Of a stretch of DNA of 64,000 nt, positions 9,336-19,057 are shown piece by piece. Both the position numbers and the translations under genes were made by a program. Source of the DNA: an uncultured Gemmatimonadales bacterium (lineage in GTDB: Bacteria; Gemmatimonadota; Gemmatimonadetes; Longimicrobiales; Longimicrobiaceae); NCBI GenBank assembly GCA_963716255.1, contig OY970303.1, positions 1,792,001-1,856,000 on the forward strand, in the 5' to 3' direction. Positions within the stretch are counted from its first letter, which is position 1. The number at the start of each line of letters is the position of its first letter. Under the pieces are notes generated by a model. It ran no database searches. It was not told the origin of the DNA and was given only the letters and a program-made list of their open reading frames with translations.

Positions 9336-9608
9336 CTACGCCGCCGAGAATGCGGCCCGGGGGGCCGGCGCCCCCCGGAGAAGACCGTGCGTGCTGAGAT
9401 CCTCGTCCACGTCGGGCCAGTGGATCCCGTACCCCCCTCCCGCCACCTGCCAGTTGGCCCGCTCTTCGGGAGAAGCGTGAAGGAGGCGCGGATACCACGC
9501 GAGCGGGACCGAAATCGTGCGCCCGTCCACCAGGTCCACGCTGAGCAGGTCCTCCGTCACCCGCACGTCCTTGACGCGCTCCCCCGCCCTAGGTTCCGAA
9601 TTGGACAC
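9336..9608 (-). CDS. DUF2442 domain protein (putative antitoxin)
   Basis: LSVDLVDGRTISVPLAWYPRLLHASPEERANWQ...GIHWPDVDEDLS is typical of DUF2442. Confidence 0.9.
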   Translation of the reverse strand: MSNSEPRAGERVKDVRVTEDLLSVDLVDGRTISVPLAWYPRLLHASPEERANWQVAGGGYGIHWPDVDEDLSTHGLLRGAPAPRAAFSAA

Positions 9609-9829
9609 GCCATGCCTCCCTGAGCTGCGGTTGATGCTCCCCGACCAGTCGCTCGATGAGTCGAAGCTCCCGTGGGGCGTACCCGAGGTTGTACGCCAGG
9701 CCCACAGGTACCAGCCAGAACTTGGCCGAGCACTCGTCCCGATCCACGTGGATGTGTGGCGGCTCGTTCGGTTCGTGGCTGTAGAAATGGAACCGGTATG
9801 GTCCCGCACGCAGAACATGTCGGGGACAG
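9589..9829 (-). pseudogene. DUF4160 domain protein (putative toxin), apparently frameshifted near the 5' end
   Basis: Not in the ORF track. Frame reads VLRAGPYRFHFYSHEPNEPPHIHVDRDECSAKFWL...EAWRVQFGT*. The expected N-terminus (CTG TCC CCG ACA, after GAGGAG) is offset by one extra base near 9817. Confidence 0.75.
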
Positions 9830-9928
9830 CGGACGCTCCTCTGGCAACCAGGTGCTCGGACGAACCCTGGTCCAAAGATGCGACACGGGCAGAGCTGCGG
9901 ACAAGACCTTCCGGTGGAACTCTGAAGC

Positions 9929-10708
9929 TCACTCCTCCGGCCAGCCGAGAAGGTAGGTCACCGGCGCGGGCCCGCCTTTCCCCTTGGCCTCGCCGATCTC
10001 CCAGCGGTAGCCCTCCCCCGCGAATTCGTCGGTCATCGCGCGCAGCTCGTCGGGCGTGTACGTGCGCAGGCATGAGACCACGCCGTCCCAGAGCACCAGC
10101 GCCGGGACCACCGGCAGCAGGTACGTCCACAGGAGCCGTGAGGGGCGGAGAGGGCGGATGAAGGGGGTGGCGAGAAGCACCGCCAGCGGCGTCGGGAGCA
10201 TGGCGGCGACCGAGCCGGGGGAGCGCCGGGTGGCCTCGAACACGCCGATCCCCTGCCGGGCCCGCACGGCGTCGCGCAGGATGGCGCGGGCACGATCCGG
10301 CGGGAAGTGGTGGAACGCGGTGAACACGGTGCGGAAGCCGTCCAGCCCCGGCGGGATGCGCGTTGCGTCCACCGACTCCTCGCGAAAGGCCAGGCGTCCG
10401 CCGGTGGCGCCCTGCACCCGGCGCAGCGCGTCCAGGTTGGGATACAGGTCGGTGAGCACCACCTCCACCGGCGCCCCCTCGCGGTCCAGCTCCGGGAGCA
10501 GGCGCGGCCACGGGCCCCCTCCGCCCGAGCACAGGTCCACCACTCGGCGCGCCCCGGTCCGCCGCAGCGCCTCCCGCAGCAGCGGGACCGCCGGCGCGTA
10601 CGGGTTTCCCAGGCGGATCATGAACTCCAGGTAGTCCGTGGCGGCGTCCCGGACGGGGCGCGGACACCACGGCTGGTCCTCCAGCTCCACCAGGTGCAGG
10701 CGTCGCAT
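9929..10708 (-). CDS. Class I SAM-dependent methyltransferase-like protein
   Basis: VVDLCSGGGG motif I, LTDL, VDAT, FTAFHHF. Confidence 0.85.
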   Translation of the reverse strand: MRRLHLVELEDQPWCPRPVRDAATDYLEFMIRLGNPYAPAVPLLREALRRTGARRVVDLCSGGGGPWPRLLPELDREGAPVEVVLTDLYPNLDALRRVQGATGGRLAFREESVDATRIPPGLDGFRTVFTAFHHFPPDRARAILRDAVRARQGIGVFEATRRSPGSVAAMLPTPLAVLLATPFIRPLRPSRLLWTYLLPVVPALVLWDGVVSCLRTYTPDELRAMTDEFAGEGYRWEIGEAKGKGGPAPVTYLLGWPEE

Positions 10709-10718
10709 GGCGGCCCCC

Positions 10719-11315
10719 TCAGCCGCGCGGAAACGCCGGGTGCTCCAGCACCGCGCGCGCCTGTGCCAGGTGCCGCGCCTGGTGCACGGCCACCACCGCG
10801 AACCACGACCCGATCCCGGTGCGCAGCAGCGGGCTCACCGGCGAGCGCGCCCGCACGCGCGCCAGGTCCAGCCCGTCGGCCCGCTCCAGCGCCGCGGCGA
10901 GCTCGTCCTGCAGCGCCAGGAAGTCGTCCAGGGCGCCCACCGGGGGCCGCCCGGCGCGCGGGCGGAAGACCCGCGGCGTGGAGACGCGCCGCCCATCGGG
11001 CGCGTTGGCGCGGACGAACCAGGGGCCCAGCCACCCGTGGCGGAACGGCGGCGAGCCCGTCGTCCCCCGCGCCCACCCCCGCTCGATCGCCGCGTCCACC
11101 CGGGCAAGCACCTCCTCGCCGGTGACGTGCAGGTGGTCCAGGCACTCCGCGACGGACCAGCGGCCCGGCTCCGGCCGCCAGGCGAGCTGTGCCTCCGTCA
11201 GGGCGCCGAACCGCTCGCGCGCCTCCACCGCGGCGGCCAGGTAGTCGCGGCGGCGCTCCTCCAGCTCAGGGACCAGCGTGCGCGGCGGGGCGGATGCGGA
11301 CGGTGCGGCGTTCAT
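10719..11315 (-). CDS. DinB family protein
   Basis: WRPEPGRWSVAECLDHL and HQARH metal-binding motifs. Confidence 0.9.
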   Translation of the reverse strand: MNAAPSASAPPRTLVPELEERRRDYLAAAVEARERFGALTEAQLAWRPEPGRWSVAECLDHLHVTGEEVLARVDAAIERGWARGTTGSPPFRHGWLGPWFVRANAPDGRRVSTPRVFRPRAGRPPVGALDDFLALQDELAAALERADGLDLARVRARSPVSPLLRTGIGSWFAVVAVHQARHLAQARAVLEHPAFPRG

Positions 11316-11507
11316 GGCGGGCCTCCGGTGGGGGTGGCGCGAACGGCTCATCCCGACACGATAGGGAGCCGGATTCGCCGGCGCAGTAAGGAAGGCTACG
11401 GATTGCCGCGCGGGGAATCTCCCGACCGGGCGGCGGGGCCGCAAACGACGAGCCCTCCCCGCGCCTGCTGCGCGGGGAGGGCTGCGGATGGTGCCGGCGG
11501 AGGACCG

Positions 11508-12320
11508 CTACTCCGGCTGCTTCCTGCGGCGGCGCAGCCGGGCCCCGCCCAGGCCGGCCAGGCCGGTCCCCAGCAGGATCATGCTCACGGGCTCGGGGAC
11601 CACGTTCTGCTCGGCGGCGTTGAAGTTCCACGTCGTCGCGTCCTCGCCCTCGAACCCCAGGGTGACGTTGTCCGCGAAGCCACGGAACTGTCCGTTGGCC
11701 CCGGAGCCGAAGCCCACGCTGACGCCGAACACCACGGCGTCGCCGCCGTAGTAGTTGGCGTTCGAGGCCCACTCGGCCACCGTCTGGTTCACCTGCGACC
11801 CGCCGCTCGTGGTCAGCCCCACGCCGGTCACCCAGCGCCACAGGTCCTGGCCGATCAGGTTCTCCACGATCCAGGTTTCGGTGGGAGCCGTGGAGTAGCC
11901 GTTGTACACGCCCTCCCAGATCAGCTCCGAGCTGCGGAAGCCGGCGGCGCTGAACTGGTCGGCCACGTGCAGCCGCAGGACCGGGGTGAAGTGGCCGGGC
12001 ACGGTGCTCAGCGCGGCGCGGTACCAGTCGAAGCCGAGCGCGTCCACGTCGGAGAGCTGTCCCATGCCGCCCGTGCGCGGGTCGGTGAAGAGGCCGAACC
12101 GGCTCCTCCCGGCGGTTCCGTTCGTGTTGATCTCCAGCGAGCCGTCGCCGCTGCGCGGATTGGTGGCGGTGATGGCGGTCAGCCCGCCCCCGCCGCTTCC
12201 GACCTCGGCCCACCCCTGCGGGTTCGCCGGAGTGACTTCGACCGTCTGTGCGGACGCCGCCTGGACACCCAGGAGCAGTCCGCAGGCCACGAGCCAGGAG
12301 GGCACGGTGCTGGGTCGCAT
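11508..12320 (-). CDS. PEP-CTERM sorting domain protein
   Basis: Signal peptide; C-terminal VPEP-VSMILLGTGLAGLGG-ARLRRRRK. Confidence 0.93.
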   Translation of the reverse strand: MRPSTVPSWLVACGLLLGVQAASAQTVEVTPANPQGWAEVGSGGGGLTAITATNPRSGDGSLEINTNGTAGRSRFGLFTDPRTGGMGQLSDVDALGFDWYRAALSTVPGHFTPVLRLHVADQFSAAGFRSSELIWEGVYNGYSTAPTETWIVENLIGQDLWRWVTGVGLTTSGGSQVNQTVAEWASNANYYGGDAVVFGVSVGFGSGANGQFRGFADNVTLGFEGEDATTWNFNAAEQNVVPEPVSMILLGTGLAGLGGARLRRRRKQPE

Positions 12321-12403
12321 CCTCAACCTTGGATTGGGGGTGGACGGAAGGAAAGACCGGGAATGCAGAAACGGCCTCCGAGCGGGGCCGCGCGCGGCGC
12401 ATG

Positions 12404-12419
12404 TGCAAGTGCGGGGCCG
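12404..12419 (-). promoter_or_regulatory. Putative sigma54 promoter of the PEP-CTERM gene
   Basis: Minus strand CGGCCCCGCACTTGCA (GG-N10-GC); PEP-CTERM genes are often sigma54-driven. Confidence 0.45.
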
Positions 12420-12676
12420 TCACGCACACTCCGGCGGATGGATGTGCAAGCGGCTCCGGCCAAATTCTTTATGAAAAGGCTCCCCGATCGCAGCACGGGA
12501 TGGATGCGGAAAAGCTGTGGCAGCCGAGCGGCAGGTGTGGTCCGGCGCCGGACGCAGCCGGAAGCCCCGCGCCGCCGCGCGCGCGGCCTTTCGTTGCCCG
12601 GAGCGTGCCCCCGGGCGTATTCTTTTGGCCATCCCGGGCGCCGCCCGTGCTCCGGCCCGCAACCCCCACCGTCCCC

Positions 12677-14254
12677 ATGACCATGCGAAACCCGCTCGCC
12701 CGCCGCCTCGCGCTCGCAGCGGCGCTCACGCTCACCGCGACCTCGCTCCCCGCCCAGGCGGCGCCCCCGCCGGGGCTCGACCAGGAAGTCGCCCGCGCGC
12801 TGCGGGAGTTCGGGGTCCCGGGCATCGCCATCGGCATCGTCAAGGACGGCCGGGTGGTGACGACGCAGGGCTACGGCGTGCGCCGCCTGGGCGACGACAC
12901 CGCCCGCGTCACCCCGCACACCCTCTTCCAGATCGCCTCCAACACCAAGGCCTTCACCACCGCCGCGCTGGCGATGCTGGTGGACTCCGGCCGCGTGTCG
13001 TGGGACGACCGGGTGGTGGAGCGGCTTCCCTGGTTCCGGCTTTCCGATCCGTACGTCACCCGCGAGCTCACCCTCCGCGACCTGCTCTCGCACCGCAGCG
13101 GCCTGGGGCTGGGCGGCGGCGACCTGGTGTGGTACCGCTCCACCTACACCCCGCGCGAGGTGCTCACCCGCATCGGCGCGCTGCCGCCCGCGAGCAGCTT
13201 CCGCACGACCTACGCGTACCAGAACATCCCCTTCCTGGCCGCCGGCGAGGTGATCCCCGCCGTCACCGGCACCCAGTGGGACGCCTTCGTCCGCCAGCGC
13301 ATCTTCGTCCCGCTGGGGATGACCGAGACCGTCACCTTCGCCCGCGACCTGCCGGCCGGGGGCGACGTGGCCGCGCCGCACTCCAGCTTCCAGGGGCCGC
13401 TGCGCGTGGTGGAGCCGCGCGACAACATGGACAACGCCGCCCCCGCCGGGTCGCTGAACAGCAGCGTCACCGACCTGGTGAAGTGGATGATCGTGCAGCT
13501 GGACTCCGGGCGCGTGGCCGGGAGCGAGCGGCGGCTGTGGAGCGCCCAGCGCACCCGGGAGATGTGGAGCGGGCAGACCCTCATCCCCATCGGCGGAGCG
13601 GCGCCGGGGCTGGAAGCATACGTTCCCAGCTTCTCCGAGTACGGGATGGGGTGGTCGCTGCGCGACTACCGCGGCCACAAGGTCGTCACCCACACCGGCG
13701 GCCTGTCGGGGATGACCTCGCGCACGCTGCTGGTCCCCGACCAGAAGCTGGGGATCGTCATCCTCACCAACGCCGAGACCTCCGCGCACACCGCGCTCGC
13801 CTGGTGGATCATGGACCGCTACCTGGGCGCCCCGCAGACCGACTGGACCGCCGGCTTCGCCGCCGCCGCGCGCCGCGGCGTGGAGCGCGCCGCCGCGGCC
13901 GAGCGCCAGGCCGCCGCCGCCCGCGCGCCCAACACCCGCCCCTCGCTGCCGCTGGCCCGCTACGCCGGCCCGTACACCGACCCGCTGTACGGCGACGCCG
14001 CCATCGCGCTGGAGAACGGACGGCTCGTGCTGCGCTTCACCCACTCGCCGGCCTTCGTGGCCGACCTGGAGCACTGGCACTACGACACCTTCGTCGCGCG
14101 CTTCCGCGAGCGCACCACCGCCGACGCCTACGTCACCTTCACGCTGGACCCGGCCGGGAGCGTGGCGTCGTTCGGCATGCAGTCCGTGTCGCAGCTGGCA
14201 GACTTCAGCTTCGACTACCAGAACCTGAAGTTCGTGCCCGTGCGCCGGCCGTAG
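12677..14254 (+). CDS. Secreted serine hydrolase, beta-lactamase/AmpC-like fold, with C-terminal DUF3471-like domain
   Basis: FQIASNTK (SxxK), LLSHRSG, YQN, HTGG; C-terminal YAGPYTDPLYG domain. Confidence 0.9.
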   Translation: MTMRNPLARRLALAAALTLTATSLPAQAAPPPGLDQEVARALREFGVPGIAIGIVKDGRVVTTQGYGVRRLGDDTARVTPHTLFQIASNTKAFTTAALAMLVDSGRVSWDDRVVERLPWFRLSDPYVTRELTLRDLLSHRSGLGLGGGDLVWYRSTYTPREVLTRIGALPPASSFRTTYAYQNIPFLAAGEVIPAVTGTQWDAFVRQRIFVPLGMTETVTFARDLPAGGDVAAPHSSFQGPLRVVEPRDNMDNAAPAGSLNSSVTDLVKWMIVQLDSGRVAGSERRLWSAQRTREMWSGQTLIPIGGAAPGLEAYVPSFSEYGMGWSLRDYRGHKVVTHTGGLSGMTSRTLLVPDQKLGIVILTNAETSAHTALAWWIMDRYLGAPQTDWTAGFAAAARRGVERAAAAERQAAAARAPNTRPSLPLARYAGPYTDPLYGDAAIALENGRLVLRFTHSPAFVADLEHWHYDTFVARFRERTTADAYVTFTLDPAGSVASFGMQSVSQLADFSFDYQNLKFVPVRRP

Positions 14255-14278
14255 CGTCGTTTTAAAACCCTTTTGACG

Positions 14279-14419
14279 GCGGGTTCGGGCGTGTCCCCGG
14301 CTGGCGCCGGGGTCGGGCTTCGGCTCCGTAAGCCCGCAAACAACGCGGGCTAACGGAGTCGAGCCCCGGCGGAAACAGCCCCGCCGGGTCTCGCCCCTTC
14401 GGGCCGAAATCCCTCACGC
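14279..14419 (-). repeat. Structured repeat family A, copy 5
   Basis: Inner hairpin AGCCCGC-GTTGTTT-GCGGGCT. Confidence 0.9.
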
Positions 14420-14469
14420 GGGGCTCGCCCCGCCATCCGTTGGGCTCCACCAGGCGGTCAGGGCGCGCC

Positions 14470-14910
14470 TCACGCCTCCCACGCGGCCGCGTCCCCCACC
14501 CGGATCGTCCCGGAGTCCAGCACCTCCGCGAAGGCGCCGCCGCCCCACGCCGGGTACATCGCCGCCTTCAGGCCCGGCAGCACCTCCTCCATCCGCTCGC
14601 ACGGCTTGGTCTCGCCCGCGATCCGCACCCGGCACCCGCCGATGCGCAGCACCCGCCCGCGCGAGGCCTCCAGGCGCACCCCGCGCAGGAGCAGGTTCGC
14701 GCGCCGCGCCGAGGGCGGAGCGGTCCCGCCCAGCCGCTCCATCAGCTCGGCCCAGACCTCCTCCTCCAGCAGCGTCACCTGCCGGCGGCGCCCCTGGTCC
14801 GCGTTGCCCACGATCCCCCGCCCCGCCACCAGCTCCGCCGCGTCCGCCGGGTCCATCACCCCGCGATGCGCCCGCTTCACCCAGATCGCCGCCAGCTCCC
14901 CGCTCTCCAT
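14470..14910 (-). CDS. MOSC domain protein
   Basis: GIVGN, RQVTLL, RRANLL, conserved PC (KPCERM), GTIRVGD. Confidence 0.88.
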   Translation of the reverse strand: MESGELAAIWVKRAHRGVMDPADAAELVAGRGIVGNADQGRRRQVTLLEEEVWAELMERLGGTAPPSARRANLLLRGVRLEASRGRVLRIGGCRVRIAGETKPCERMEEVLPGLKAAMYPAWGGGAFAEVLDSGTIRVGDAAAWEA

Positions 14911-15021
14911 CGTTCATCCTCCCTGATCGAAAAGATTGTCAGTCGGATCGTCAGCGAATATTTTACGCCACTCGTCTACGGGTGAGGGGCGTTCCGGAAA
15001 AACTCCACAGGGAGCTCGGCC

Positions 15022-15225
15022 ATGACTCGACTCATGATCGGAAGGGCAGCGTTCTCGGCAGCCGTGGTGCTGGCGCTCGGGTTCGGAGTGCAGGCCGCGA
15101 CGGCGGCACCGGTTGCGAACAGGGGGGACCTCGTCTGCTTCAAGACGCCCGACTGCGTCGGCTACTGCCCCTTCGGCGCCGTCGGGCGCTGCGTCGCGGG
15201 CCACTGCGAATGCGTGTACCCGTAG
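15022..15225 (+). CDS. Secreted six-cysteine peptide, CS-alpha-beta (defensin/scorpion-toxin-like) spacing
   Basis: GGGAG RBS; Sec-type signal peptide; C-x5-C-x3-C-x7-C-x4-C-x-C with GRC; hairpin downstream at about 15253-15285. Confidence 0.8.
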   Translation: MTRLMIGRAAFSAAVVLALGFGVQAATAAPVANRGDLVCFKTPDCVGYCPFGAVGRCVAGHCECVYP

Positions 15226-15360
15226 CGCGGAGCTGAAGCTCCGGTCCCGGAACCGGGCCGGCGGGCGAGCTGCCCGCCGGCCCGGCTTCGTCGGCGGACG
15301 GAGAGGCGGCGGCCCGCGCGGCTTGCTCCGCCCCCGCCGCCGGGGCGATATTCCGGGTCT

Positions 15361-17289
<1,929 letters not shown>

Positions 17290-17503
17290 CGTTGCAACTC
17301 GCGCGGCGGCAGCGCGTTCCGCGAGGAAAAACGATCGCGCCCCCAATGCGCCAAACAACGCAAGTCGTTCATCGGTAAAACCTTCTCTCCGGGCCCCTCC
17401 ACGGGGCCCGTTTATTGTCGTTGACACGGCCGCGGGCGCACGGCAGCTTGTGCATACCGCCCGCAATCACGCCTGGTCGTTCCCCGTAGCAGACAGCCCC
17501 CCT

Positions 17504-18754
17504 ATGCTCTTCCCGCTGCTCCTTTCCGCGGCGGCGTCCCTGCACGCCGCCCACGGTACGGCCGTCCCCGCCGCCGTCCCGTCCGATTCGGTCACCCGCC
17601 CCGCCGCCGCCGCTCCCCGCGCCAACGTGGCCGTGCTGAACTCCGACCACGAGCTGACCAGCGCCACCGCGGCCGGGCTCAGCCTGACCTCGCTGATCCA
17701 CGCCGAGGCCGCCATCGCCGACGAGGTCCGCCGCGGCGCCTTCCCGGGGGCCGCGCTCGCCGTCGGCCGCAGGGGTCAGGTGGTGGTCGAGCGGGGCATC
17801 GGCACCACCGGCTGGACCGCCGAGGACGTCCCGGTGGACCCGGACCGCACCGTGTACGACCTGGCCTCGCTCACCAAGGTGGTCGCCACCACCACGGCGC
17901 TGATGCTGCTGGTGGAGGACGGCAGGGTCGAGCTGGACGCCCCCGTGTCGCGCTACCTGCCGGAGTTCACCGGCGGCGGCAAGGAGGCGGTGACCATGCG
18001 GATGCTGCTCACGCACACCTCCGGGCTCCCCGCCTGGGCGGAGCTGTGGGGCCGCACGCCGGACGAGGCGCTGGGGCGCGCGGTGCGCACGCCGCTGGCG
18101 ACGGCGCCGGGCGCGCGGGTGGAGTACTCGGACATCGGCTTCGTGGTGCTGTACGCCGCGGCCGAGCGGGCCGCCCGCGAGCCCATCTACCGGCTGCTGG
18201 ACCGCCGCGTGTACGGGCCCCTCAGGATGCGCTTCACCACCTACCAGGCCGGCGTGGGCTGCTCGTGGTGCGCCTCCACGGCGCGCAGCCAGGGCGACGC
18301 CTTCCAGGGCAAGGTCCACGACCCCATCGCCCGGCAGCTGGGCGGCATCGCCGGCAACGCGGGGCTCTTCTCCACCGCGCACGACCTGGCCCGCTTCGCC
18401 GCCATGCTGGCCAACGAGGGCGAACTGGACGGGGTGCGGGTGCTGAAGCCGGAAACGGTGCGCCTCTTCGCCCGGCGCCAGGTGGGGACGCGCGCCCTGG
18501 GGTGGGAGTCGCCCAACCGGGGCGGCGGCGGGGCCGCGGGGCTGCGCATCTCCCCCAACGCCTACGGGCACACCGGCTACACCGGCACCTCCATCTGGAT
18601 CGACCCGGACCGCGGCACCTGGGCGGTGCTCCTCGCCAACCGCACCTACCAGACCGAGTCCAACAACCGCATGCAGACGCTGCGGCGCACAGTGAACAAC
18701 TGGGTGGCCGAGGCCGCCGACGCGGGCGCTCCAGCATACGGCGGCGACAACTGA
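17504..18754 (+). CDS. Secreted serine hydrolase, beta-lactamase-related
   Basis: YDLASLTK, LLTHTSG, YSD, VHDP, GNAGLFST, GHTGYTG. Confidence 0.9.
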   Translation: MLFPLLLSAAASLHAAHGTAVPAAVPSDSVTRPAAAAPRANVAVLNSDHELTSATAAGLSLTSLIHAEAAIADEVRRGAFPGAALAVGRRGQVVVERGIGTTGWTAEDVPVDPDRTVYDLASLTKVVATTTALMLLVEDGRVELDAPVSRYLPEFTGGGKEAVTMRMLLTHTSGLPAWAELWGRTPDEALGRAVRTPLATAPGARVEYSDIGFVVLYAAAERAAREPIYRLLDRRVYGPLRMRFTTYQAGVGCSWCASTARSQGDAFQGKVHDPIARQLGGIAGNAGLFSTAHDLARFAAMLANEGELDGVRVLKPETVRLFARRQVGTRALGWESPNRGGGGAAGLRISPNAYGHTGYTGTSIWIDPDRGTWAVLLANRTYQTESNNRMQTLRRTVNNWVAEAADAGAPAYGGDN

Positions 18755-18765
18755 TTGCCTGAACG

Positions 18766-18900
18766 GCGAGTTCGGGCGTGCCCCCGCTGACGCGGGGTCG
18801 GGCTTCGGCTCCGTAGGGCTGCAAACAACGCAGCCCAACGGAGTCGAGCCCCGGCCAACAGCCGCCGGGTCTCGCCCCTTCGGGCCGAAATCCCTCACGC
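18766..18900 (-). repeat. Structured repeat family A, copy 6
   Basis: Full-length reverse copy beginning about 12 bp after the stop at 18754. Confidence 0.9.
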
Positions 18901-18907
18901 GACGGCA

Positions 18908-18945
18908 GGCGCCCCCACCGGGAGATCCCGGTGGGGGCGCTTTTT
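18908..18945 (+). terminator. Intrinsic terminator (hairpin family E)
   Basis: GCGCCCCCACCGGGA-GA-TCCCGGTGGGGGCGC-TTTTT. Confidence 0.85.
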
Positions 18946-19057
18946 CTTGCTCCGGGCTCCTTCCCGCTCCTGTTTCGGGCCGGCCGGCCGATACTTACTG
19001 GCATCCCCCGCCGGCGGCCGCCGATGGCCCCACTCCGCGTGAAGAGCTGCGTTCCCC

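Noticed and set aside
15121..15132. RGDL motif in the cysteine-rich peptide as an integrin ligand
   Set aside because: Short motif, common by chance in GC-rich coding sequence; no supporting context.
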